DNA of 49,891 bases, filler included, from Bipalium vagum (Eukaryota), in NCBI GenBank assembly GCA_037834085.1. It is 3 parts of 3 records of this genome, joined end to end, with 100 filler letters (N's around TTAATTAATTAA, not from the genome) between each part and the next. Parts side by side here need not be neighbours in the genome. Positions count along the whole stretch, not along the records: positions 1 to 16,248 come from JBBMKC010120607.1; 2 more parts are not named here. The stretch is one strand, 5' to 3'. Below are positions 1 to 12,397 of this stretch, piece after piece; position 1 is the stretch's first letter; each line of letters starts with the position of its first letter. The translations under genes were made by a program, and so were the position numbers. The notes below the pieces were generated by a model that was not told where the DNA came from, made no database searches, and saw only the letters and a program-made list of their open reading frames with translations.

Positions 1-76
1 AAACAGTTTAAAATTGTGACGCATATATTAATATTATTAAAACAAAAACACGGAGTGACTTATCGAACACCCTGTA
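1..76. mobile_element. Right terminus of a Tc1/mariner element
   Basis: Ends ...GACTTATCGAACACCCTG-TA, the reverse complement of a TA-CAGGGTG-type TIR with a TA target site. Confidence 0.5.
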
Positions 77-99
77 TTAATAATAATTCAAAATGAAAT

Positions 100-1115
100 C
101 AACACGATGTAAACAAAGAGTGGTGTGTGTAATCAATTTTTTAAAGCGTTAAAATGACAATAAATCATTTTTAATGCAAAGTTTGGTCAGGAGGACAGTT
201 GAACAGATACTTGAATGTTATCAGAAGTTTGGTACAATAAAGTATTCCAAAAATTCTGTTCCCAAGCCAAATGCTTTAACTTCTAAGATTTTGAAGGTGT
301 TCAGAAGAAATACGTCGAAAATCCATCAATTATCACCAGAAATTTGGCCAGATGATACAAATCAGTGTGTTCAGGGCTTAAAAGAAGTTAGTTATTGTGA
401 CAAGAAAGAAAACAGTTGCTCCAAAATATCAAAATTATTAACCAAAGAGAGCTTAAAAGGCCTGCAAAAGGTTGTACAGGAGTTTCGTGCAATGCGGTAG
501 AAGCAAATTTATAATAATGGACGATGAGACATATTGTACACTTGATCACAACCTAGTGCTAGACGATTAATATTACAGCGTAGTAAATGGCAATGAGACA
601 AATGCTATTCATAAAATTAAACCTATAGGAAATTTCTGTAAGAAGATTGGAATATGGCAAGCAATTGCACAAAATGGAGATGCCTCGCGACACTACATCT
701 ATTAAGGTACAATGAACGCAAGTATTTATTTGAAAGAGTGTATTCAGAAAATTGTTATACTCAAAATCAACTATTACAAACAAAATCATGATCTTCGGTT
801 TTGACCTGATCTCGCAAGATACCACTATGCAAAAGTTTTCAGAAAGAATTTGTTGAAGAAAATATTGAATATGTCTCAAAGAAAGACAACAGCCCAAATA
901 CACCTAAGAATCGTAAGATTGAAACATTTTGGTATTTGTGCAAGCAGGAAATGAAGAAATTCAGGAAAATTCCGTCTCAAATACTAAAGTTCAAAAGAAA
1001 ATGGATTGAACTTTCAGAAAGAGTCTCGGAAAAACATAGTTTGAATCTATTTTGAAAATTTAAGAGAAAACTCTATCAAACTTTGAAGCATGGTCTATAT
1101 GCTTATGTTAAATAA
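100..1115 (+). mobile_element. Degenerate ITm DD37E-type (ITmD37E/TRT-like) transposase in a RAD50 intron
   Basis: Frameshifted motifs IIMDDETYC (~512), (W)PDLARYHYAK (~803) and KDNSPNTPKNRKIETFW (~882). After correcting one frameshift there are 37 residues between the second D and the E. Confidence 0.8.
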
Positions 1116-1559
1116 TAAATCTATGTCTGTAGATCTTAAATATATTTTGTTCTCATTTAACTTGGTTACAAATATTAATAATTTAATTTTGCGACATTAA
1201 ACCTTGTTCATGCATTACATTTATACTTTTTAAACACTTTAATTCTCACTTAAGTGACAATTTTTGTCAATTAGAATATTTTATTGTGCTCATCTTTAAA
1301 ATTGGTATTAATTTATTTTTTTTATTATTGAGACAATTCTTTATTTTAAATATAAGTTTTGGTTTTTAACATTCCTGTCAATAATAAATAATTTATCTTG
1401 AAGTCTTAATCAATGAGACTGACTTCGGTAAAATTTAACATTTTCATTTATAAGATAAGTCAATATTCAATTTAAGTGATAAATATTACAGAATTGATTC
1501 TTGTTTTATTAATATTAATGAAACCTTATTAGCGAAATATTTTTAGTAAAAATGTTATT

Positions 1560-2640
1560 TTTTTTGCAGTTTAGACGTTTTATTTTTATTGACTTCCTCT
1601 GTCCTGAGTAAGGAAATTTTCGAAATTGGCTTTATGAGTATCTGCACAGATCTTCTGCCAAAGCTTCCGTTGAAAATATTAATACTATTAAAGAAGAGTT
1701 CAAGCACATGAATAAATTGCTAAATTCTATTTGCTAAACTTCAACCTAAATGATACGTCCATCTGTGATTGATGAGACAGTACTCGAGGAACTAGTCACA
1801 GTCAATCCTTGATTATCGTACTGACACATGGCAAATATCCTTGTAGTGATACTACAATTAGGACTCATTTACATATGATTGGAAAGTCATACAGAGAAGG
1901 GGTTTGGGTGTCGCTTGATTTAACTGGAAAAAATAAGACATGTAGACTTTCGGTTTGCCAATCATTGATTCTGAAGAACAACAGCCAACCTTTTCTTCAA
2001 CGTTTTGTCACTGGTGACGAAAAATGGATCATGTTTGACAATCCAAAGAGAAAAAGAAAATGGTTGTCTTCAGGACAGACTAAGTCAAGCCTTTATTCTA
2101 AGAAAGTTATGCATTGTATTTTGTTGGATTGTCGTGGTGTAATCTATTGGAATTTGCGCAAACGGAATGAGATAATTGATTTCACTAAATATTGTGAGCA
2201 ACTGGACAGATTAAATGAGAAGTTGATGAAAAAACGTCCATCTTTAGTCAATAGAAAAGGTATGATTTATCATCATGACAATGCCAACCTGCATACGTCG
2301 AAAATGACATCAGAGAGAATTAAAGACTTGGGATGGGAAATAATGGCTCACTCTTCATATATCCCAGAAATGTCCCCAACAAAATTCAATCTCTTTAGTT
2401 CTTTGTAATATTTCCTTTGTGGAAATAAATTCCAAATTGAAGGTGGTGGGATCAAACATCGTATCACATCATTTATTAATTCCACTGTTCTTCGATAAGG
2501 GAATCAAATTTATGGCTGATAAGTGACAGACTGTAATTGATAATAATGGTGAATATGTCTTTGATTAATGTAGCGTTTTAATGTATTATGTTTGTGAAAT
2601 AGATTTTGGGAAAACGAGATTAATTTTAAAACCAATACAT
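1560..2640 (+). mobile_element. Degenerate mariner (DD34D) transposon in a RAD50 intron
   Basis: ORF 1809-2408 has GVWVSLDL (WVPHEL-like), FVTGDEKW, YHHDNANLH and HSSYIPEMSP (YSPDLAP-like). The C-terminal W-x-x-VIDNNGEYVFD lies at ~2520-2568. Confidence 0.92.
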
Positions 2641-2784
2641 TGATCATAAAAGTTGTAGGTTGAAGTCTTAATTTGATATTCTCCCTAGGCTTCCCTCAAT
2701 CTGTAGATTCAATTTCCATTGGTCAATTAATTTTTTAATTTAAATGTTCTGAAATTAAATACTGAAAACCATTGAATATTTTAG

Positions 2785-5700
2785 ATCCAGAAATCGATTA
2801 ATGATATGTCCACATTTCAATTTCAAAAGGACAGTTTAATTGGCGACATCACAACCATTGAAAACCACATCCAACTGTCCCGTGATAAATTGGTGCCAGT
2901 AAATAGTGAAATGGATTTGTGGAAAAGCAATTGGAATATCATGATGCAATCCAAGAATACTTATGAGTCCGATTCCAACTTAAAGGTTTTCTCTTAATTG
3001 ATCTCATGTGTACTGTAAAATTGTTTGTCATTTTGAAGATATCAAATTTCCATTCCCGGATAAAATTCATAAAAACCGAATATCAAGAATATAATCGGTT
3101 ATGAATATATATTGTCTTTTTCTGAAATTTTATTTTCTTTTCGTTTTGACAGAACTAAATTAGAAAACCTAGACGAGCAATTTGTAAATCTTGAATACAA
3201 AATTTCTCAATTAAATCGAAATATTCAATCAACAAAACTGTACTTGGAAGAGCGAAAATCGATGATTGAAGAAATTAATCAAAAGATTGGAAACCATAAA
3301 GTTGGAAATTTGAAAATTAATCAACAGGAGAAATGTTTTGATTTTATTATCGCGATCTTAAGATTCGACAAAGAGAACTACAAGATTCTCTTCAAATTAG
3401 ACGATACGTGGAAACTGTTGAGAATTTAAATCGATCAATCGAAGATTTAGAAGAAAAATGTCCCTATATCGATTTATCTGCCATGCAAGCGGAAGCCAAG
3501 AAATGGGAAAACGATTACAGATTTCTCAAGAATGAAGTAATTCGGTTTTGTCGAATTATTTCATTTGATTATTTTTTCAGATTGATCGATTTGAATCTCA
3601 AAAGACACAAATCGCAACGAAAATTGAATTTATCAATTCAGATTTGTCTATAAATCGATATGCAAATGCTAATTCCAATTATTTGGAAATGGTGTACAAG
3701 GTCAAGGTAAAATCCGCTAATTAAGTTTTTTGTTTTGTAAGGTTTTCTCTTAAAAATTGATGATCTAAATGCAACACTATATCAATAATCACTGAATTAT
3801 GTAGGTTATTGATCTATTATTATAATTTATGCTTAAATATGTTTACAGATAAGGTCTTTTAATTTATTATCTTTAAGGCATTATAAGAAATGAATTTTTA
3901 ATATATTTATTTTATTTCTGAGTTGGTTTTGATATTAATGTTAATCTTGGAATTTAATTTTTTAAATATTTGCAACCAATAAAAATAAATTGATTCCATG
4001 GATCGAAACAGTATCGATTAAATTGACTCCGAAAATATGATCTAAACCAGTGATTCCCGAAGTTTTCGGGTTTTCGCTCCATTTTCTGAATAAGTATTAA
4101 TTAGCACCTCCAAACTAACCCACTTCAAATTCCTTGCAGCGCCCACTTTGGGAATCACTGATCTAAACACTCATTATTAATGGTTTTGTGATCTATGAAA
4201 TAATCATTTAAATTTTAAATAATCAACATCACAAGTTTATTCAAAATATAATCCATGACAAACAACACATTTCTACAACACATTGTACCGTAAAGAAACA
4301 AAAAATTAAAATTGGGTCACCTATCGATTATCAACAGAAAAAAGTTCAATTTTGTTGCATGAAAACGACAGGTCGTATGTACCAAAGCGAACTCTAAAGA
4401 AAATGAGAGGTTGGATATAAGATTCTTTTCCATCTATCTTATTCCTACTGATTATTTATTTAAATAATTTCCTTTCAGGAAGTCTTCAACAACTATTACA
4501 CTAAAAAACATGTCTTATAAATTTCCTCTAACAAACAAGAATTAATTCATATATTGCCTTCGCTTTAAAAAAATTCTTTATATTAGGTTGATGCAAAAAT
4601 AATGTCTTTTTAAGCTATAAACTTAAAAAAATCATAACTCGGCTCAAAATAAACTTTATTAATCAAAATAAAAACCAGCTGCGTCGATAAATTTCTGTTA
4701 ACGAGTAACAAGTTTATTGATAACTGTAGAATAAAAATCTTTGTATCTGGAGATTTCGGACAGTTTGACTTTAATTTAATTCCACCTCAGAAAGTAAATT
4801 GGAATTTTCAATATTGCTTTTTGACATATTGCTTTCGTCGCCTTCCGCAAATTTCACAAACCACTCGTTCATCAGCTGTACTCTTGCCGATCACTAATTT
4901 TTCTGTCGAATTTTCCATTCGTATAAGCAAATTGTGCGAATTTCTTTGTTTATCAGTTTGTGTGCATTTCCTGATATTTTCTAAGAATTTATTAGATCAT
5001 TTAAACAAATAATAAAATTCAATATTTTCCTACAAGAATTTCAAAGTGAAATATAATTTGCAACTCTTCCATAAAGGACTGTAGAACATTTGCAAAAATT
5101 AACTATTGAAATCGGACATGTTTTATTACACAACATAATACCTTGCTAATTCAGTCAGAAAAATCGATTATAATCAAGAATTTGATTTGAAAGTATTATC
5201 ACTTCCTTCTAAGTACTAAGATTTGAACTCGAGATTATCTTTGTTTGTGAATCGATTAACGGTTTCAAACTACGAATAATTTTCTTCCGTCTCAGACTCA
5301 TAATTTTACAAAAGCAATTTGAAGAGGACTAGATGCACTATTTTGAAACGACTTTAAAACTGGGCAGTGCTTGTTAAGAAAAATCCAATTATAAAGTTTG
5401 GCTTCATTTTCAGTAAAATTATCGAAATTAAATGATTTTCAAAATAATCGATTAAAATATCAATTTACCAATAATTGGATTGTGCTTTCTCTTTTTTGTG
5501 AATTTGGAAATTTGTTTTTCCTGAAATATACTTTTCTATGGCCCTCTATTTCCTGAAGTATTTTTAAAATTTTTACAACATTTTTCTTTAGAGAAAAATA
5601 ATAAATGAAAGATCTTCAAATAAATGTATATTGCACGAAAAATTGATTTTTTTCCCTAGACAACGGAATTGGCAATTTCTGATTTGGATAAATATTACAA

Positions 5701-6503
5701 AGCGCTGGATAAGTAATGATTTAAATACGTTTTTGTGGCATCTGTTCAGCTTGTCTTTATTCCTGTTAGAGCTATCATGAGTTATCACCACGCAAAAATG
5801 GCTGAAATAAACAAAATTCTCAAAGAATTATGGCAGAACACTTACTCGGGAAAAGGTTGTTAAATAATTATTCATCTCACCTCTTCACAATCGTTCTCAA
5901 TAAAATTTAAAATGTAGATATCGATTACCTGGAGATTTGTAGTGACGAGGACACTGGTGGAAGTGGAACGAAGAAAAGGAATTACAATTATCGAGTTGTC
6001 ATGATCAAATCTATAAATGGCGCTCGTTTGGATATGAGAGGTCGCTGTTCTGCTGGTCAAAAGGTTTTAGCAAGTCTGTTGATTAGACTGGCTTTGGCTG
6101 AAGTGTTCTGTTTGCATTGTGGAGTCTTGGCCTTAGATGAACCGACAACAAATCTGGATCGTGATAATATCGAGAACTTGGCTCGAGCACTTGAAGAGTG
6201 AGTGAAAAGAAGAAATCTAGATTTATAAATATTGATTTATTGATTAATTGTGAGAGATTAAAAGTGAAATTTTAGAATTATTAAAATGAGAAGTAAACAG
6301 AAAAATTTCCAGCTTGTGGTTATAACTCATGACGAAGATTTTGTCAATTTGCTCGGTCGTTCGGAATTCATTTCCGAGTTCTACAGAATTCAGTCCAATC
6401 ACAGGTTAGAGTTACTCGATTAGATCCAAAAGGCATAGTATATTTTTCTTATTTTAGGGGCTTTTCCGAAATCAAAATGAGTACATTGGACGGGTCTGAG
6501 TGA
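2785..6503 (+). CDS. RAD50: DNA repair protein RAD50, 3' half (5' exons lie upstream of the window)
   Basis: Phase-consistent GT-AG exons: 2785-2985, 3039-3097, 3153-3300, 3363-3536, 3581-3706, 5660-5712, 5770-5855, 5918-6197, 6276-6404, 6458-6503 (TGA). The spliced product reads coiled coil ...[14 protein letters not shown]...[53 protein letters not shown]...NYNYRVVM...[44 protein letters not shown]...[14 protein letters not shown]. This includes the RAD50 signature motif CSAGQ, Walker B/D-loop and H-loop. Confidence 0.97.
4048..4160. mobile_element. 113-bp hAT (Charlie-like) MITE with perfect 8-bp TSD
   Basis: TIRs CAGTGATTCCCGAAGT / ACTTTGGGAATCACTG. The direct repeat ATCTAAAC occurs at 4040-4047 and 4161-4168. 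Confidence 0.92.
4583..5138 (-). mobile_element. Internally deleted mariner with both TIRs
   Basis: TA-TTAGGTTGATGCAAAAATAATGTC on the left and an imperfect inverted copy ending CAACATAA-TA on the right. The minus strand encodes a mariner C-terminus ([24 protein letters not shown]) and N-terminal remnants. Confidence 0.75.
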
Positions 6504-6504
6504 A

Positions 6505-6510
6505 AATAAA
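6505..6510 (+). promoter_or_regulatory. Putative polyadenylation signal of RAD50
   Basis: AATAAA immediately after the TGA stop, followed by GT/T-rich sequence. The hexamer is common in this AT-rich DNA. Confidence 0.4.
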
Positions 6511-7866
6511 AGTTGTGGCAGATTGAAAATATTATTGTATTATTTAGTATTTCTATTGAAAGTGTCACTTTCTCAAATATATGTTGTAGTTTGTTAATGT
6601 TTCTCTTTATTATTTCGTTAAAATATCATGTATTTATTAATAGAGTAATTTTTAAGTTTCTGTATTGTAAAACATGAGATTGTTTTCGAAATTTTAATAA
6701 GAGCAAGAATCAAGTTCTGTCTATTTATATTTTTCTTTCGATTTAAAAGAATCAAAATGAGGATCAGTCGAAAATAGATGTACAACCTGGTAAATTTTGG
6801 TGTTTTATTTTTAAATAAATTCTTTTGTGTGTAATTAATTCTTCCGTGTGTTCTGTCAGAATTCAGCTTTATTATTTTGAAATTTTTCGATCCATTATAT
6901 TTTCAACTGAATCTCTACTTTAGTCTTTGCATTAGTATTTTTATTTCGTTCTGTGTAAGTAATTTTCAAATTTTTTTTTCTCCATTCGGATAAAATCTGT
7001 TGGTGCAAATCTAGATAAGCTCACCTAATCTACACCGAGGTTACTGTTGGCTTACCTAATGAGCTCACTAACTCATCCCATAACAAAGCACAAAAACAAC
7101 TGCTCTAAAAGTCTTATACAATTTTAGAAGTGTTGACTATTTTGTGATTGATTGTTTGACATTATTTTGTTCCGATTGTCATTCTTCTCTGTAGAAAAAT
7201 ATCAATTTTTGATTTATTGGCTTAGTTTTTTTTAACAGTATTATTGTTTAGCCTAAACTAAATAAAGAAAAATATTTTAATATCTTTCAGATTATATGAA
7301 GTTATTTATTTATAACCTTATCAAAGCGATTTTTAAAAACTGAAACTAAATAATCTTTTTTTTAAATATATTAATTTTTATCATATTTAAAACGATTTAT
7401 TTCTTTTATTAATGTTTTTTGAGTTTTTGAGTACATTAAATTTGAATAAAATTTTAAATTTTGTTTAAATAATATTTTTTAAAGTAATTGGTATTTTTTG
7501 AAATTTATTTTACTTACCTCACGTGTGACTTATTCTGAAAATGTTTAAGTGTCAAGTTGAGGTTAGATTAATGATGCTTTTACGACTGATGCATTTTAAT
7601 AAAGTCATCAGTAACCAAAGCTTCTACATTTTACATATTCTTTTATATTAAATATTCAGTTTATAGTATTTTGTTTTATTCAGAAATAATATTGCTTTTC
7701 AGGTGTGAAGATATTTTTTTCAGCCGATATACTTGCTTATTTATTTTTTAATTTTGGATTTAATTATTTAAGTTATTCAAATCAGTGCTTTGAACTATTA
7801 CTTGAGAGAACAAATAATATTAGTAAAGTCTGAAACAAATACGATAAATTTTAAGAATTTAAAATA

Positions 7867-8725
7867 TGTATGCTATCTGAAAGGTTTATGGAGGTCTTAT
7901 CAAACACAATGATTAAGGTATAAATACTAATAATAATACTATTAATAATTAAAATTAATTGACACTCGAAAAGTAATTTAAAAATTCCCAGAAATTTTAT
8001 TTTGAAAATACTTAGAAAATAATATAGCCATCTAAGTACAATTCCGAGAATATTTCCAAGATGAAGAGTAGTCCCAAATAGTATATAAGCAAAGGGATTT
8101 CATTAGATTTTCACCCCTCAGAGAAAAGACAGAATAATCTGAAGACATTATTAGAAGATATTCGTTGACACGGACAGAAGGAAGATATAATAATAAGATT
8201 ATCGAAGAGAGCAACCGAGAGCTAGTATTGATATTTTTGGGTCTATGATTTGGCCATGCTTAAAATTCCCCACCAAAGGGTTATCGGTGAGCAACTGTTA
8301 GGGCTCAGATGATAACTCGGGAGTTTTAACGACAAATTAATTGTAAGACTTTTCCTTTTTGTTTTTTTATATCTTAAGTACATAGTGATTTTTGTAAGTA
8401 ATATTTTATTGTTATTTTGTTAAACTTTTGATTATTAATATTGATTTTTTATTATTTGATTAAACGTTCATTTTGACGATATTTGATCATTATTATATTT
8501 GATTGAACATTACTTTTAATTATTTTTGTGTGTGTTGTGTTGATCAGATAGTGTAAGAGTTGTGTAACATTTCAGACATTTATTGTGATCCCAGACTTGA
8601 ATTTCAGTGTATTGTATTTTGTGTTGGTGTGGTATAAATAAAAGTGTTGCTTTATTGATTGTTTTATTAGCACCACCTAAGATTTTTGGAGATAGGTTTA
8701 AATTTGATACTTTAAATATTGAACA
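7867..8725 (+). mobile_element. Putative solo LTR (Gypsy-like), boundaries uncertain
   Basis: TG...CA candidate ends, TATA GTATATAAG at 8081, stem-loop 8262-8326, GTAAGA at 8343, then a T-rich tail. Same layout as the TSD-supported LTR at 40416. Confidence 0.45.
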
Positions 8726-10980
8726 AAAATAACAAATAATCACTAAAATATCTGTAATCAAATGTTTTAACACTAAAAATCAAATGGTAATAATCAATTA
8801 AATAATAACAATTAAGTAATTAAATGTTAATTAATTAAAAAAATTAAAGAAAAGAAAGTGAAGATACTCTCACCAGTTGTGACGACGACAGGTCCAAAGG
8901 GTGGTTTGCTTAGCCCAATCCGTTTCGCTCAAAAACCACTAAAAGCACAGCTCCTGTCGCAGAGAGGGCAGGAAGAATGATTACTAACTGCAAGAAAAAT
9001 TGGTGGTTTTGACGCAAATTGTCTTAGTTCTCTGCAATCTTCTGACGCAAATTTTTTTATTTCTCCGTAATCTTCTGACGCAATCATCGCAAATTTCTCT
9101 CAGAGATTTTCTGGCAATCCAATGTGGATTCTATCTTCTTATATACCATTCTGATCAGACGATCCTGAGATCCCTTAAAAATAATAATTAATTACTAAAT
9201 CGGTCCCACCTTGTGCACGCTGATCTAATCTTGGCAATTTAGGCTCGCCATTGTCAAGATTAGATCCCTTAAAAATAATAACTTATTTCTCCTTTTTGTT
9301 TTAATGTACTTTTTAATTAATAAATTATTGTTATTATTTTAATTCTGACCTTTTTGCGATCTTAATAATTAATTTATAATACTGATAACTAATCTAGACC
9401 CTATTGCGGTCTCTAACATGCTTTTATAAGGGTTTACAGGGATGTGTTTTTTGCCAACCCAACAAACACTCCTGATTTTAATAAGATTTGGTCCTCCAAA
9501 TCTATTAGTTGAATAAATTCACTCATAACACATAAAGTTATATTAAAATCACAGACAACATCGACACAAAGTTGTAGGATTCAGTTTAGTTTTTCCTTCT
9601 TCTTTGTCTTTTTGGTGCCGACCGTTCTGATTCTGTCTTCTTCATTTTTCGCTCTTTATCATTTGTTAATGTCACTTCTTGACCTGTCCTTCTCGATTTT
9701 AACTTTATCTCAACTTATTCCCAGGCATTCTCTTCGCTCATTGCATGTATTTCTGTAAGTGTATTTTTCAAACGGAACTGACCTCTTCTTAGCTCTTAGT
9801 GATTGCCTATTGGTTTTCCCTTCCTCTGATGTGTCCAACGCAATCGGCTCCATCAATACTATAATGCCTTCTTCTGCTATTATGTCCTACCATCTGGGTG
9901 TTGGTGTTACTTCTCGTTTTCCCTTTGCATGTGATCCACGGATTGACAATTTCCCTGTGAAATCCGTGGTTACGTTCTTTAACTCTTACTGGCTCTTTCC
10001 GGGTTTTGAATGTTTCTTATTATATTCTTCTCTTGTGATGACCCCAGGCTCGTTATCACTGTTATCTAGATCTATTGATGGGGATTTGTACAATTCCCTA
10101 AATTTCTTAAAATTTTCTCCCATTCTCTATTCTTCTGCTAACCTTTACGTTTTTCCTCACTATTTTCTTCCAACTCGCTCTCCACCGTAGAAGTGTTCAT
10201 TCCTTGATTTTCAGTTTCTACTTCTGCCGGTGAGTCTGGTATTTCGATGACTTCCACTATGACTGATGGTTTGGCTTCCGTGTTTCCTCCTTTTACTGAT
10301 ACCTGTCTTTCCGTCTGCATATCAACTATTTGACCTATCTTTAAGACTTTCTTTGTTGGCTGTTCGCTGTCAGTTCGTCAACTTGCCCTTCGACCATCTC
10401 TGATGTAATACCATGGTTGATTGTCCTATAATCTGCTACATATGCTCTGGGTGCTATTAGGCTCCGAAAGAAAAAGTTTCCTTTAGTATCGGACAAGACC
10501 TACCCTAGAGGGACCATTCTTGGTATGAACATTGGCACGCCATACTTGACGTCCAGCATGACAATCTGTCGAGTATCTGGATGTCTCAGCCAGCTTCTGT
10601 GGACATATGGTCTTCTTGCTAGTCAATCTTCCTCTGAAATAGGATCACATTCTAGCTGCTTTTTCTTAGCTGGTCCTCATTTTTCTCGGTGTTGGCTTAA
10701 CACTTCAATTATTATGGGTCGAGTGGTTAGTAAATAACACTTTAAAACCCACTCTTCTTTTATTTTTAGGGAGGGATACTTGAGTTTCTGGCATAAATAA
10801 CAATTAATTGTCCCTTTTTGTTTTAATGTACTTTTTATTTAATTAATTATTATTTTAATTCTGACCCTTTTGCGGTCTTAATAATTAATTTATAATACTC
10901 ATAACTAATTTAGACCCTATTGCGGTCTCTAACATGCTTTTACAAGGGTTTACAGGCATGTGTCCTTGGCTAACCCAACA
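8726..10980 (-). mobile_element. Deleted Ty3/Gypsy-like LTR retrotransposon: partial 5' LTR (10980-~10800), internal fragment, PPT-like tract, 3' LTR (9464-~8726)
   Basis: ~170-bp direct repeats at ~9290-9464 and ~10812-10980, both ending CCCAACA (TGTTGGG on minus). 8726-9464 is the reverse-complement homologue of 40416-~41130. The minus strand reads GAGGAC...AAAATCAGGAGTGTT just before the 3' LTR. No RT or integrase motif seen. Confidence 0.85.
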
Positions 10981-12397
10981 TATAGATAGCAGAACTTAGT
11001 CTTTGGTTATCCATTGACACAGAGAATCCATTTCTTATCTCTAGACAACACGAGATCCAAAAAATTGACAAAATTACTGTTTGGCAAGTAATGAATAGAT
11101 TCCATGCAAAAATTGTCTTTGATAGTTTTTGCACTACCAAATTAGTGTATAAAAAAATTTCCCAATAGACCTCAAATTGGTCAAACCTATTGTGTTAAGT
11201 TCACAAAGAATTCGACCAAATCATTAGAACATTTATTAATGAAATAAATCTGCAGACAATTCCAACCGACCAAATATAAAAAAACAAAAAACTAATACCA
11301 TTCTCCGCAGTAAAGAACTTAACTTGAATTCACAGAAGAATCAAAATTCTGAAATGTCTTGTCTATTTCATTACCAATTTGTAAAGTAATTTAAGAGATA
11401 ATAATCCAACACGAACCTTCAAAGGGTAAATCTAGTAAAATTGGTTCGTATTCTGAAGAGATTTTGAAATACCAACAAACACTAAGAACTTAATTGGTAA
11501 AATTAAATCATATAAAAATAAAAGCAGCTCCATGATAACTCAAAATTGATTCTTGATTTTACATTTGATAAATATACAAAAATTTTGGTCCACAACTGTT
11601 TAGAATATAAATTTATGCATTTTTCGAAGAAATAAGAATAACTCAAAACAATATTTATTTTTACCAAACCTTTTTCGAACAACTTATTGTTAAAAATGTA
11701 CAACTTTCTTATACATTTTCATCAAGTTAAACCTTTGCTTTTTTTTACATTTTTATTTGAAATGATTACCAAAAAATGTGTTATTTAATATCAAATTGCA
11801 AAATGTTTCACCCTTAAGTTAGAACGAACCATTTTGCAATGAATACTACTCTCGATAATAAATGAGCCACACTTTTTTCTCAAAAACCGGAGAGTGAAAA
11901 GTATTGAATTTTGAAATTAAAAGATCATTTATTCAATATTGACTTTAAATTAAGAAGTAGACTCACTCTGTCAAATATATATATATATATCTATATTCTA
12001 TGTAAAAAGATAAAAAGGGAACTCTAACGATTTTTTGTTAAACAATCGATCGAGAATCGATTAAAACAAAAACTTTAGACAAGTCAAAGAAAAATCTTAT
12101 TGATAAGGTAGGTTTTCAAAAAATATCAATAATATTATTAAAAACAAAAATCATTTCAAATAAATAATGATAACAAAAAAACTCCGACGAAATTATCTGA
12201 ACTTGAAATTAAGAAAAAAGATCGAGAGAAAAAGAGAATTAAAAAAGAAATTATAATTAAAATTTCTTAGTCACAAAATAATCTGTCACTGAACGGGTGT
12301 CACTGAGAATCATTGATAGGACTGTAGACAATTGGATCTCCGAATAAATTCCATCGATTTTTCTTAGAGAAAAACAATATGAAAATCAATCAAAAAA

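Noticed and set aside
559-903. 114-aa minus ORF
   Set aside because: Antisense to the DD37E transposase relic.
9759-10190. 143-aa + strand ORF (and 10525-10737)
   Set aside because: Antisense shadow of the purine-rich minus-strand internal region of the LTR element.
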